Assembly (NCBI RefSeq): GCF_036321535.1
Contig: NC_087436.1
Coordinates: forward strand, 111,974,001 to 112,038,000
Direction: 5' to 3'
Length of the DNA: 64,000 bases
From: Camelus dromedarius
Taxonomy: Eukaryota
In this document: positions 37,235-51,600 of the stretch, piece by piece
Numbering within the stretch: the stretch's first letter is position 1
How the letters are laid out: the number at the start of each line of letters is the position of its first letter
Program-made: the position numbers and the translations under genes
The notes under the pieces: generated by a model
What the model was told of the DNA's origin: nothing
Database searches by the model: none
What the model saw: the letters and a program-made list of their open reading frames with translations, nothing else

Positions 37235-37371
37235 TAGGGTTCTTAGATAAAATGTAAGTATACAAATGCAATACTGGGGACATACTTATACTACAAAATT
37301 ATTTGTCATTTATCTAAAATTCAAAGTTAACAGGACGTGCTGGTTTTTCTTTCTTAAAGCTGGCAGTTCTA
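37235..37371 (+). mobile_element. MER53 hAT MITE with most of the left arm deleted
   Basis: tagggtt...gggacatacttatactacaaaattatttgtcatttatctaaaattcaaagttaac...ctggcagttcta. Perfect 8-bp TSD cttgaagg at 37227-37234 and 37372-37379. Confidence 0.85.
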
Positions 37372-40300
37372 CTTGAAGGACCCCAGTTATGCTCAGTTAT
37401 GAAATCTTGGCAATTCCAGAGCAGTTACGATGGAGTGTGAACATGATACATTATATGGAAAAAATTATAAGAGATTCACCTGGTCCCGTTTTGCGCAGGA
37501 GCCTTGCCTCTGCTTATGTTCGACAACTGTACTCATGACTCCCCCACTAAGGAATAAAACACATCACCAGAGAGTGGGAGTTGGGATGGAGGCTAAAACC
37601 TGCCTGAATTTAAATCCAAAGTCCATATTGCAGGCCCTCCAGTTGACTATGCTGCATTTGGGCAGGTGCTGAGCACTCATGAGTGTGTAATATCACCTGC
37701 CTTAAAGGAGCATACAGTTTCACAAGGGAGATAGACATAATTAACTCGAACGCAGTAGCATCCACAGTGGAAGAGCAGGGCAAACCAAGCACTGTGGAGC
37801 ACTCAGAAGCAAGTGATCAAATCCGCTTCCAGTGGGAAAAGGCTCAGGCTGGCAAAGACTTTTCTAATCATCTAAAACCCTTTGGTTCCTAAAGCCATGA
37901 CAGAAAAGGCTCTACCACAATACCTTGTAAATACAAGGTTTTCAATAAATATTTGTGAACTGAACGAATGATGTAGCACTGGTAAATAGTATAAATATGA
38001 CCCAAGGGGACTGACTATTTAGCTCACAGGCACATTATTACACACATGGTTTTTCCCACATTTTAATAAGTTTCCATCATCACAATCTCCAGTTGTAGCA
38101 GCTTATTTTGTTAGAAAGTAACAGAAACGTCACAGAGCAATTTAGAAATTAGTCCACAAATAGATCCAAGACTTGAGACTTAGATTTTTAAAGACCAAAT
38201 TAAAACCACATCTACCCAACCTAAAATACTAGAACTGATTTTTTTTTTCTTTAATGCTTTGAGCCACGGGTTAGTAGAGTATTTCACTACATAGTCTGCT
38301 AACCTTCCTGGTTAGTCCAATTGTGTCATCAAATGTCATAGAATAAGTAGTCCTCAACAACCATACACACATCTTCTTATTGAACAGATCTTATTGGGCA
38401 TAATTTCAGTTGAAATGCCTATTTATTTATGTAACCTTCCTCAAGGACGTTCCATGTCATCTTTCTGTGCCCTGGTGATAAGAAGATGAATGAGCAAAAT
38501 CTCTTGCCTTTGAGGAGCTAAAGGTCTAGTGAGCTCTTGTTTCTAGGACTTGACTATTAGCAGGTTGTAGCCAGATCTTTTATTGATGCTCTGTTTATAA
38601 ACCTGTTCTTAATAATGCTCACCACATTTTTAGACAATATATCCAAATGTAACATTAATATCATTTTTTAACATAAAACATTTTGAAAAATCAGTGTTAA
38701 GCTGAGATATAGGCAATATTCCCTTTGCATAATACTGGTTTGTGAAGTTCTTGTTTAGTGCTGTGAGCTGATTTGAAGCAACCTCCCCAAAAGTCCCTGT
38801 ATAGTTTAATCTTCACTTTGTGTCATGTTTTTTGGCTGTGAATGCACCTTATTTATGCAAATGGGATAAAATAAAGCATTTGTTGAAGTCAGGTTAAGTT
38901 AACATTCTTCTACAACTATATTAAACAAGGTTCATGTGGATTTCATTAAGAATATAGAGGCTCTGTGACAAAATCACCCATTAGGGTGTGTTTCATTATT
39001 TACTGTTTAATCAAGGTAGTCGTGTTGGAGTATTTGAATTCCAGAGCTTACAGAACTTGGTGCTTTCATGTATTTGGCTTTTATTATTCATTCCAGGAGA
39101 ATCAGCTTCATACAGCCATTATAATACGCTTATTTATTTTTATGAAGTTGGTCCTTTCCCAAGTGGTGCTACCTTTAATATATTCTTTGATGAGAACTTC
39201 CCTGATGCAACATTATCTTTGGCTTTTCAATAAGTCAGGAGGACTTGAAATTGACAACAATTGACACTAATAATCATTTTGAAGATCTGTAGAAGGAGGA
39301 AGTAAGGTCACCTGGGAGCATAGTAATAAAGCCACTCCCTTTGTACAAGACAAATTCTCCATATTGTCTGGAGCAAACAGAGCATTACATTATCTTTACA
39401 GGCTTTTCTAAAAATACATGTGTCTTACTTAGTCCTGCCTTTGAATAATCTGATTTGCCGTTTGATTATTTATTTGTTTGTTTTTCACTTTGAAAAATAC
39501 CTCATTTGCTCTGCCAGAATGGGCTAGTCACACTGAGAACAATGAAAAAACAAAAGTTCTCCCATAATCTAATTATGAGGTAAGCATCATCAGTAATGCT
39601 TGGAGGGCATTTCCTCACAGACACTCATGGTGTCTCCGTATTACTCTCATATTCCAGGTAAAAATCAACTACTTGGGATGGCTCTCAGTAGAAGGCTGAC
39701 TATTTGTGTGTTGTTTCAGAATCAGTGCAAGCTTTGAATATATTCCAAAAATTGAAGTTAGTTACCCAAGGGAGGTATTTGTCCAGGTAAAATCTCCCCT
39801 GGATATGTGTGTCATGTCAAATATATGAAGCAGTGCTAGCATTTGATTAAGTCAACTACGCTTTATTCAGATTTCAACAGAGGCATTTAGTACAATTCAA
39901 CTTTCAATATTAAAAAAAAAAATTAATGATAACTTTTTCAGGGTTGCCTGCATAAAATAACTTGATGTTCCCATGCTGATTTGTTTCTTTTCAATAGGAC
40001 CATAACAGAAATGATAAACAGTGTTTGACTGATTACGTAAATAAACTGCTAATTGTATCCTTAGTAGTTCTCCGCACTTCTAGACATGGTACCTGAACGT
40101 ATTTCCTATGAAATGCTTTAGTACTTAAAGGTCTATTTTTTTTTTAAAGATGGGCCCAAAATCAGCAATTATGAGCATTATTATTCAGGTTCACGGCAGT
40201 GCGGTAGCTATTTTTCACTTGATAATTACTATATTAAACTAATGTCAGACCAGTGCCATGCCTTATTTAAGAAAATGATCCACCAGCTTCATGCAAGCAG

Positions 40301-42538
40301 GCCCAGCTGTGGAAATATTAAAAGACTGATTCAATCCAGGTTTCTCTTCGGCGCATTGCCTCATTGACATTAGCTACAGAAGTTCTAAGAACTTGTGTAT
40401 TTCTCATTAGATGTTCGTAATATCTTTCCTGAGGTCCCATTGCATCTCTTGGCAGGTGGTGTTTCTAGTGTGTTCTTCCCATTCTCAGCTCTGGGCTTTG
40501 TAGCCAACCAGGGCATTGTTTAATTGGCACCATCTCCATTCAGAGCCTTCAGGAAGCAAATTGTAGATGACCAATCCCTAAGGGAAGGAAAAATGTATAT
40601 GAGATAATTTTTCTTCCCATTTTCCCTGGTTCTGAGTCCCAGTTTTACCTATTACTTCTTTCCCTTTGGAAAGGAAAAAAAAAAATTCAAGGCCCTCCAA
40701 TATTAGCAGTGGTTTTGCCTAAAAAGAGACACAGTTACAGATTCCAATTTTTAGACCAAAAGAAGTCATCCTTGCTATGATATTCTAATTTGCGAGAAAA
40801 AAAAAATAAAGAGTCAGATACTCATTGGATTCTTGTCTTGGTATTTTTCAAATGTGTCCAACAGTAACCTCCTGGATTGGTGAATGAGTTAAAACGACAA
40901 GCATTCTGACAATGCTTTGCAGTTGATAAAATCCTTTCATAAATCAGAACCATCTGGAAACTCATGGAGGGAGAGGATTGTGCCTTATTCTTTTCTGGAG
41001 CCTTGGTGCCTGTGCTGGAAGGGACAGCTAGGAGACCTGTGGCTCACATTCGCTAGGTGGGATTGGATGGCAGTATCTCATTTCATTTTTGCCGCAAGCC
41101 CAGAACTAGATATGTCGACCATTTGTAAGTAGAGATGAAGGAAGAGAGGCCCGCAGAGACTCAGAGCCCAACTCTTCCGCGGTAGATGCCCCTTTTGTGG
41201 TCCAACCATTCACCATCCCAGTTTTCGGCATCTTTTTCAAAGAGTAGAGAATCTTTGAATCTTACCTGTTTGGTTTAAAAAAATAACTCTACTCTCTTGC
41301 TCTGAACTCTGGAGACTTCTCCCCTCCTCTCCTCATCGACTCCTCCAGGAAACAGCACAGGTTAAGAATAATTAGTTCTTAATGGCAAATGTGAACTCCC
41401 GGCATCTTTTTCTCATTGGAGTTAAGTGTGGATTGCTTTAAATCATTCCAACGTTGCAGCTACAAAGCTGACATTTATAAATTTTCTTTTTCAGTGCAGT
41501 ATGGGATCCTCCAAATGTCTTCCACAATAACTATCTATGTTTTCAGGGAATCTAAAGATTTATTTCCTTCCAAGTCCTTGTTGCTGGCATTTTCTCCAAG
41601 CCTTCCAAACTGCCAAGAGATGAACTTCAATTTAGAGGAACTGTTACATTTGTCATTGTGAATTTGCTAAACTTTGGATAAATGTGAAGATTTATGCTTA
41701 TTCCCAAACGGGCCCTGAGAATATCTCTGAAGCTCAGAAAGTTCACGCCTGACTTCCTTTCCGCTGTTCCAAGTAAACAAGTTCTTAAATCTGTGCAGCT
41801 CCATGCCTGGGCTGTGGGTCTCCGTCGTCGTCTAAACCTGGATCCATTTGTACCGCCAGGAACTCAGATGTGACTCACTTTGGAGGTGCGGGGGAGGAGT
41901 CTTCCCCTGGCCTTGTGCTGCAGAAATCACACACTCTGTCTGTGTCTCTGGGGTGATCCAATTAGAGAGGACCCTGCAGTAACCCCTCACTTTAACAGCG
42001 CAGGCCCACGAGACAGACAACCTTCAAACTATGACCTCGTCCTGCAGTCACTGCATGACCTTGGTTATTATACTCTATCTCTCTAAGCCTCACTATTATC
42101 ATCTGTAAAATGAGCATGATGTCTGTCTGGCTGTGGGAGAAGGGTATTTGTAGGTAATATATGTGCAGTCTCTGATACATGAGAGTTTATCAACAAGTAC
42201 TAGCTGTTTTAGTAATGAACTTGTAGATAACATACCAAGAAATTGCCTTGACATTGACTTGTTCAAGGCCATCAGCAAGTTCGTGATAGAGCCAGGATCG
42301 AATTCATGTCTCTCGACTCTTTATAAAACACAGGATTCCACTTAGGAACCAGCTAACAGTTCTATACTCCTTTTTTATGGGATAGAGTCTAGAAGTAACA
42401 TGGTTTAAAGGGACCATATATTAGTTTTGTTCTTTGGATCATCTTCAAAATCCTTTAGAGCCAGGAGCAATAGGAAATGTCACTAAATTCTTTGAATTCA
42501 GTGTTGTGCAAAAAATTGGAGATGATCTATTTAGTAGG

Positions 42539-43156
42539 TGTTTTAGTTTTCTGTTGCAGCATATCAAATTACCACACTTAGTAGCTTAAAACAACACACA
42601 TTTACTATTTCACATTTTTTGTGGGTCAGGAATCGAGGCAATGGCTAACCAGACTTCTGCCTGGGGCCTCACAGGGCTGAAATTGACATTCATTGAGGAC
42701 TGTGACCCCATCTGAGACTCGGAGCTGTTGGCAGAATTCCGTTTCTTGCAGATGTAGGACTGAAGTTTCCACTTTCTTGCTTACAATTAACTAGACTGTT
42801 TGCAGGACTCAGAGGCCTCCTGCTGTTTCCTGGCATGTGGTCCTCTGCACAACATGGAAGCTTGATCTTTCTAGATCAGCAGGAGAATCTCTCCCTTAAT
42901 GTCTCTCTGACATTAAGGACTCACCTGATTAGGTCAGACCCACCCAGGATAATCTCGCTCTTGACGAACTTGATCTGTTTAAGGACTGCATTTACATCTG
43001 CACAATCCCTCTGCCCTCTTACGTGACATCATCATGCAGTAATAGCCCATCACAGTCACAAGTACTCACACACAAGGGGAGGGGATAGTGCAGGCTGCAT
43101 AAACCAGGGGGGAGGGTGAGAATCTTGGTGGACATTCTAGAATTCTGCTTACTAGG
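42539..43156 (-). mobile_element. MaLR solo LTR, MLT1E/F-like
   Basis: tgttttagttttctgttgc...aaattaccacacttagtagcttaaaacaacac...gttggcagaattcc...gattaggtcagacccacccaggataatctc...ctagaattctgcttacta. Confidence 0.85.
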
Positions 43157-45934
43157 GACACGAGACAAGTATATTATGATGCAGGACTTCCTGGCAGATG
43201 TCATCGAGTGAGGGTTAAATGCCCCATGAAGCCCAAGAAGGGGAGGTGATTTTCTGCTGGGGGGCTTGAGAGAGATGGCAGGGACGATGAATGGAGTTCA
43301 GGTAGGCAGACGTCAAGTGAGTGGGGACAGTGAGAAAGGAATAGAGTGGAAGAAGCACATCCCAAGGGAGGAAAAGAAGTTATTTAGGGAAAACGATTAA
43401 TTGTTTGGTGGCTGGAGCTTGGCTTTAAGGAACTGCTCTGTGGTTTTTAAGACATTATTGGGTTTTCAGGCACATGAAACCTATAGAAAATGTGATGAGG
43501 GCTGTCTGATTCCATGAGTGTCCTTTGCTTCTTAATGTACTGACTAGCCTAGAAGGAAAGATCTGGGTCTGGCCACATGTCCTTTATTTGCGGGGCTCTG
43601 AATCCTCCCTCTCTGGTGACCCTTCAGGACCTTAGAAAAGTGGTTTTTCCATCACCCTTTCTGACCAGGAAATCCAAGTCTAGGGGCTTCTGTGGTTTAT
43701 AAAATGCTTTTCCTGGCCTTCCTTTCCCCTGCATCTAGAAGTAGAGTGGACTAGTCTGGAAACATGGGTTCAATCCTGTAAGCTATAGGTTAAACCAGCT
43801 GGAGCTCTTTGTAGCTAAAAGGACCCAAAACCATGAGGTGTAATGCCTTTGTTCACTCATGTATTTGTTCAACAAACGTGTGCCCTTTACTCTGCTTTTG
43901 CTCTGGGGATGCAGTAATGAGACAGCCTTGGCTCTTGTCCTCATGAGGTTCAGAATGGACTCTAGATGCTGGGTGATTCTAGCTAATTTAGGCTTTAGAT
44001 TCTTGAGGGATAGAGAGCTAATAAAGACACACTCATTGTGAATTAATTTCAGTTGTAATAAGTTTGATGCACAAAACACATGGGATGCCAGAAGAGCAAT
44101 CCCAGACTTAACCAATCTCTACAGCAGTGCTGTGGAGGTGGCAGGGGTGGGGGAGTCAAGCTCAACCTCTCTGAGGAAGTTATAAAGGGTAAAAACATCT
44201 CGGAAAATAAATGTACCTGGGAGAAAAGACAAATTAAAGTGAACACAGAGTTGTCATGTATCTGTCGGGCAAACAGGGTAAAGACGTTTTAGATTTGGGA
44301 TAGGGTGAATCATCGTGGATGCTTTTTTTGTCTTTTCTACCTGGTACTCATTCTTCATAGCTCACCTCTCTCCCTAGTTCTCTCAGGAGGTTGGATGGTG
44401 CCCTTCTCCCTGTGCCCGTGACACGTACCACAACCACGATGCTGTGGTTCTTATAGTTCACGGTTGTCTGTTTACATGATGCTCAGCTGGAACCTCACTG
44501 CGGATGTCCTCAGTCACTGATTCTAGCCTCTTCATCTTTTCGTCTCCGATACCAAATACTTCAACTTGCGCCACAGTTGGCATAGGTATAAACCAGAACT
44601 AGTTGGACGCAATGAAAGTAACGTGTTGGTAGCGTGCCATGCTTCAAAAGGAAGAGCTTTCAAAAAATCAGTTCTCCAAAGTGAAAGGGTCTGCCTCAGA
44701 ATGAGACGCAGAGCTCACCGTCACTGGAGGCTTCAAAAGCCCCATAATTCTGTGGCTTTGAATCAGACCTAAAATAGAATTTGAAAACTTGATTATAACT
44801 ACTATCAATTATCAAATTATGTTTTTGATCCTGATTACTTGAGGAAGTTAATGCATTTTTTAAAGGGCTTGATTTAGGTCCACAAGTAGCGTTTCTGATT
44901 GAGAGAGTCTTTCCAAGCCGTGTATTTCTGAGATGTGCTGTGCATTTTAGACTCGTTACTGAAATGCTATACTTATGATATGGAGGCTAAGATTGTTTTT
45001 CAAGTATAAATAAGGTACATAGATTACATTAAAGAGATATTCCAAGTAGTCATTAGGACTGAAAAGCCTGCTGAACTATGAATAAAAATGTGCCTTAGGA
45101 CGGACAGACAGAGTAATCTGCATAGGAGAAAAATGTGCATTTGCTCACAAGTCCGCCAGAATGCAGTTTTCCAATGGCAGAGACAAGCCTCGGGAGTGGG
45201 TACGCCCCAGAAGGCCGTGAGTTACATTAGACAAGTACCACATTAGCATGAGGCAAAAATCAAACTGATGCAAAAGTTCATGAGTTAGAACCTGGCATGC
45301 TGATTTTAGCAGCAGGAAGGGCAAGCGATATGGAAGGACAATCAAAAGAACAGCTCACACGATTGAAGGCCTGGTGGGACTGATCCACAGGCAAAGAACA
45401 AAAGACTCGCAATGTAGCTAAGCAACTGATGGCATCGGGAGAGACACCTACAATCCTCCAAGGCTCACAAGTGGCCTGCGTAGGGCCATGTGAGTGGGAA
45501 TAGAACCAAACGCAACAAGATGAAAGAAGAATTTAAACAGTTGGGTGTCTGCCAGGAGAAGAAATGATGAAAACTGTCTTTCAGAGACTCAAAAACAAAG
45601 CTGATTTCTTTCAAATGGGAGATGGTCTAGTTTAGTGCTCATACAACAAAACCAAGAAATATTTACTGAGGTCTCGCCATGACATCTCTAGTAGCTCTTT
45701 CCCATCTCCGAGTCTAAATTTAAAACTTTTCATTTTTTGTTTCTCCTGATCATACGTGTTAAACCACGTTATCCCATGACTCCTTTATTTCATGTTCAAG
45801 GAGCCTCCCTCATTTAACCCAACAAATGAACACATCCTATTATAGTGCCTTTTAATTTCAATTTTTAAAAATATGAAAATTTGAATTCAGATGTAAAATG
45901 CAATCTACCTCATTAAAAAAATAAGTTGCTTCTG

Positions 45935-46421
45935 TTTGTTTGTTTTTATTGAAGAATAGTTGGCATACACTATTATGTTAGTTTCAGGTGTACAACTTAG
46001 TGACTTGACATTTACATACTTTACCAGTTGATCACCACAGTAAGTATAGTAACCATCTGCCATCATACAAAGTTATAACAAGATTATTAACCATATTCTT
46101 TGTGCTGTATATTACATCCCCAAGACTTATTTATTTTATAACTGGAAGTTGGTGCTTCTTAATCCCCTTCACCTATTTCACCCAACCACCTATTTCCCTC
46201 TCTGCTGGCGACCACCAGCTTGTTCTCTGTAACCAGGAATCTGTTTCGGTTTTGTTGGGTCATTTGTTTTGGTTTTTAGAAGCCACACATAAGTGATATC
46301 ATACAGTATTTGTCGTTCTCTGTCTGAGTTATTTCACTTAGCATAATACCCTCTATGTGCACCCATGTTGCCACAATTGGCAAGATGGAAATGTGCCATT
46401 TTTTGTGGCTGAATAATATTC

Positions 46422-46461
<40 letters not shown>

Positions 46462-46528
46462 ACTACATTTTGCTTATTTGTTCATCCACTAATAGACACT
46501 TAGGTGGCTTGCATATCTTGGCTATTGT
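45935..46528 (-). mobile_element. L1 3' end, L1MA-type (older than the camelid-type copies)
   Basis: tttattgaagaatagttggcatacactattatgttagtttcaggtgtacaac...tatttcacttagcataataccctc. Confidence 0.88.
46425..46458 (+). repeat. (TG)17 microsatellite
   Basis: Perfect TG run inside the L1. Confidence 0.95.
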
Positions 46529-47929
46529 GTGTTTTAAAACGATAACAACTTAACCCTTCTTTCATTTCTGCTGTGTACTTGTTCTTCATGCCTTCTTCAA
46601 ATAATTGTCTGCAAAAGAAAATTTAAAATATTTATACCATCAAAGGAGTTTCAGAAACTGATAGAGGGGTCAAGATCCAATATTCTGAAGGAAGATTATT
46701 TTGGTGGTGCCTTAGATTAATTTCATTAAAGAGACCCCATTTGAAAGTTTCCCCATTTGAAAAACTGGAAGGCCCCCTTTCTTTCAATCTCTCTCTATTT
46801 CTATCTTGTTCTATCTCGCTCTCTTTTTTAAAATTAAATTTAATTTCTTCTAACACAAAATTTTGGGACAGATATTCCAAAATGATAGAGATTTTCTAAT
46901 TTATAAAAATCCAGTCCAGAATATTTAACTGCCCCCTTCATCAAAGAACCCCAAATTACTAGAACTATCCCAGCATGCACTGAGAAGATTTGCATATTCT
47001 ATGGGTAAACAATCCATGGTAAGAATGTATTCAATATGGGACCGCAAATGTTATTTCATCTATTCGCATATTCATTCATTCTACACTTAACACTCCTAAC
47101 ATTTGTTCATTAATTTGCCAAATGTTCTGTGTCTCCTTATACTTAATACACACAAACCAGATTTTCACTTTCCTCTGACACCTCCTTAAAAGTCTCCATA
47201 GACAGTGTGAAAACGGAGTGTATCTTTCCGTTTGACATGAGTCAATGTGGATTTTGTATAGCAAAATACAAGTTAATTTCATGTCCTGTAGAAATAAACA
47301 TCAAAGGTCATAAAGGCTGGATGAGAGCTTCTGGTCTTGGGCAATGTAGCATATGAAGGCCGAAAAAAAAAGATTTCCAGTGTTCACAGCTCCTCATGTG
47401 TCTTATTCTTAAGTGCTACCCCCTCACCTCTCCTTCCTCCTCTTTCTCCTCCTCTTATTCCTCTTCTTTCTTCCTCTTCTTCATTATAAAAATCATAATA
47501 ATTGCCACTATTTTGGTCTCAGGATGAGGAAAGTTGTACATTCCTTCTTGATGGTGGGAAGACAGGTTAGGGGCAGTGGTGTATCCAACGACAGAGCTTG
47601 TGAAATCCCTAAACTTTGTTTTCCTGATGCTTTGAGTGACAGGTCTCGTCTATAGACCCCTCCCAAACAGTTCACTGCATTGGGTATTGCTACCCCCCAT
47701 TGGGGATTCTAAAGGGAGCCCCTGAATCCTATGCTTTTGACTTCATATCTCTCACCTTGACTATTAAACTCAACTATCTTAACTATTAAACTGAATTGAG
47801 TGTGATCTGGGGTTAAAACAAACTCATTTAAATGACTACAGGAACTAGCTATCTATAAGTGCTATGGACTCACCATAAAAAGTATATTCTTAGTCTAAAA
47901 CCTCTTCCTTGAGTAGTATAAATTGTTTA

Positions 47930-48600
47930 AAAAAAATCACAAGCAATAAATGCTCATTGAAGACAATTTTTTAAGTACAGAAAAGAAAAAAGAAGAAAAA
48001 GTAAAAATAGAAATTATCTATAGTTCAGAGACAAATCACTTAGTATTAGTTTATGTATTTCCAATCTTTGTTTTCTATGTTTAAATGTTCTTTCTTTACA
48101 AAATTAGAGCTATATAATCTGCACTTTTCCTAAGTTGTTCTTTCCTTCACTCAATATATAATCAGCATCTTCTTCACATAAAGTTGTCTTCTATGATATC
48201 CTTTTTAATGCCTGTGTAATATTCTATTTTATAAATGAGATTCATATAATTAACTGATCTCCTGCCACCGAATATTTAGTGTGTTTCAATTTTTTAATTA
48301 AAATTGTTCTTTTAATCTTTGTTGTTCATTGTGTCATAATGTACAATCTCATCACTAAATCTTTGTGAATAAACCTAGTTTATTCCTTAGAATAAATTCA
48401 CAAAAGAAAACTGCTGGATAGAAGTGATCTAGACTTTATAAATATATTTCTATTTAGAGTCTTTTAATAGATATGGCCAAATTTTGATACTTAAAATTTG
48501 TACCAATTTAAACTCCTATTAGCAAAAGATAAAGAAGAAGTCCATTTCCCTGTACTCCTAGCAGCACTGGTCATTATTACAAAAAACACATTTTAAATTT
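47930..48600 (-). mobile_element. Old L1ME-type fragment
   Basis: Very AT-rich; ttttaatgcctgtgtaatattctatt...ttattccttagaataaattc...ttgtaccaatttaaactcc. Confidence 0.6.
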
Positions 48601-51600
48601 CTATTTTCACTCACTTTCTTTACATATATAAAAATACCTATATTACCAATATTTATATTTAAAACTAAATCCAAGCATAAATTGGTTAACATAAATATTT
48701 TTCATTATTCTGGTTTTAGGGGATTAAATTGAAATTAAGACCCCAAAGAAACACTCCACAATTTTTGTGTTTTTGGTTTAGGTTTTAAAAAATTTAAATA
48801 TCTGACAACAAATCTTTTTGTGTAAATGTCTCTGCTGATACGAGTTTTGCCACATTTTATGTTACTTCCTAAAGAGAAAAGGCTACAAATTCTAGACTTC
48901 TTTTTTTTCAGTAAACTGAAGAACAGATTGTCAACACTTCAGAATTGGAGGGTATGATATAGATTAAGTTCCCAAACCTTCAGCTGGATACCTTGCCTCC
49001 AGGAAGATTCTGGGTCTTGTCTAGGCTCCCCTATACTTACTTCAATACATTTCTTTTGTTTGTTTGTTTTCTGCTAAAGTATTAACCTCCTCTCCTGTTC
49101 AGTGCCCTATTTTTTTTGATTCAGTGCTACAGAAATATTACATGAGATGAGATGTAGATAAAAGAGTAAATCAAAGCTGAGGGTAGAGAGACCCTTTAAA
49201 AAATGTAGGCAAATAGACAATGTAAAGATTAGACGCACTTAGGAATACTGTATGGGGAGAACTAATTTTTCTATTTGGAAGAATTTTATTCCATCACCTT
49301 TGTTTTTCATAGTCCTCTGAGAGGGACGGAAGATTGGAGAACAATGTGTGCAGGTGAATGAGGCTGTGAGTTGGCGTCTGTGAAATGTGTGTGCCTGAGA
49401 GCCAAGGGGGCAGGCGGGTGGAGGGGATCACTCCTGCTCAGAGCCGAGGCTCAGGGGGCAGAGTGGGAGGGGGAACACGGGAGGGGGGGGCTGGCCTCCC
49501 ACTGCACAGGCCGCTGTTGCTGGCCATACCGGCTGCTGCCCCGAGGCTCTGGAACCGTGCCTGCACCCGCCTACCCGTCAGCTCCGTGGACAGTTGCTCT
49601 TCTCTTAGAGTGAAGATAGATGGATACAGGGGAGGGAAGGGCAGCCACTTCCCCTGGTGAGTCGGTTTGAGATTATCTTCTTGCAGATCCTCCAGGACCC
49701 CTGAGACCCCCCGCTCCCCATCTCCCGCCATGTCAGGGGAGACGAGGGTGACCTGGAATGCAAATGCAGGAGGCTTAGAGGTGAAGAGGCATCATAGTTT
49801 GACATCCCGTCTAGGCACACGATCAACCCAAATTTGAGGGATGATGACTTTTCTCTTTGTTTTGTACCCAGTTTACAGACTTTCACTTCATAGCTGAGTC
49901 CATAGAAGATGGGGACCAGTTCTCCCTCGTCTTCGATGCAAAATGAGAAGTCGGGGCATCCCACATGTGGGCAACAGCTGGAAGGGAGGCATGGAGTGGA
50001 GGGGGGAGATGTGGTGGCAGAGGGAGGGAAGGGGGTGGTCAGGGGAGGGCTGGACGTGGATGAACATTTCCATGCAGGATGAGGTGAGGGCAAAAGCCCA
50101 GGACGTGGTGCCCATCAGTGCAAAAATGTTCACTTGGGAATGTCTTAAAATAAGTTGTTTCATTCCCTACCACAAATTCTGAGCACTAGACCCTGATTTA
50201 GGGACTGGAGTTTCAACTTCTGAAATTGTTAGTGATTAGTAATCTTGGTATGTTCCTTAAAGCGTCTTCTTTCTTGCATTCATTCATCCATTCTCTCGTT
50301 CACTCATTTACTTAATTAACCTGATTAACTCTATCATTGCTGGATGAGTCATCTCAGTGCATGAGTTTTCAAACATCTTACTCCAAAGACCTGACTGAAC
50401 TAGGCATTTTTATTAGCCATCATCATCCTCATCATTACAGCCACTTAAAGAGAACCCATGGGCCATGAACTAGGTTAAGAATCTCATAAAACATCTCATC
50501 TCTCCAATCCATCCAATGAGTCTAAACAGGTCAGCAGCATCATTTATCAGGTGAGAAAACAAAGGCCAAATCCAAATTTTAACTCAGATTGTATGTTCGT
50601 TTGTTTCTCCTGAATCCAAATCCTGTTCTCTCTTCTCCGTGCCAGGCTGCCTCCCTAACATAATCTATTGTCTTCTACCTCTTTGTCTCTCCCAAGCATC
50701 AAGGTTTTATTTGTTTTATCTGTTACCATGAATAACAATATTTTTTAAAATATTGCCAATATGTGACAAGAGTGTGAAAAGTAAACATGGTAATTAGGCA
50801 ACATCAAAATGGAGTTAATTATTGCCTTGATGACGAGGGTGGTTTGTGTACAACAGTTAGACAGCGGAACGCGTCGTATCAGAAGGCAGTGCTTGTATGT
50901 GCCTCTCAAACCACGAGGCAACGTTCGTCCTGTTAGCAGATCATTGGAAAATGAGCAAATCCTGGATTCACTGGAGCCACACAAATAACTTTTACCCAGC
51001 GCTGCTCTTTCCACGGGGCTTTCTTTTCCGTTAGATCATTATAGCCCATCGCTTCCCTTCGAGGCAGATATATTAAACCTCGAGTTGTCAATGTTTGGTT
51101 TTATAGCTCAGATTCTTTGCCAGATCCGTCACAGACAGATTCCTGATTCCAAGAACAATTCCCAGCTGGCATATGGGCACCCTGTATTTGTCACAGGCTT
51201 CCAGAGTGCTCAGGAATCAGGTGCCAAGTATTCCTGTACAATAATCAGATATTTGTTAAAGTTCATCTGAATTAGGCTGCTCACAGCATCTTCTCCAGGT
51301 TTAAGTTTAAACTAAATCCCCACTCCAATGCATCCTATAAGCAGGAGTGACTAGATTAGACCCCCTTTTCTTCCTACCTTGTGTTATTATTAAATGTAGG
51401 GAAATGTGATGTCTCAAGGTAACAAGTGGCCTCATTGAATTTTGGACCATCTCTTGTTGTGCTGTTACATTTCATCTGAACGCTCCATCTAAGAAAGGGC
51501 CTGAGTTTGATGCCTGTCCTGATTCACAGTGTCATTCTTTTTGTTCTGGTGGATTTTAAAAATGTGTGTCCGGTTCCAGTCAAGGCTACTTTCCCTGACT

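Noticed and set aside
37275..37295. miR-1302-like sequence (gggacatacttatactaca) in MER53
   Set aside because: The miR-1302 family derives from MER53 hairpins, but this copy has lost most of its left arm, so a full pre-miRNA stem cannot form.
39975..40020. Acceptor-like tttcttttcaatAG as a cryptic LDB2 exon
   Set aside because: No good donor nearby and no LDB-like translation.
49371..50182. Cluster of overlapping ORFs up to 162 aa
   Set aside because: Low-complexity P/S/G-rich translations of a G-skewed tract, with no homology I can recognise.
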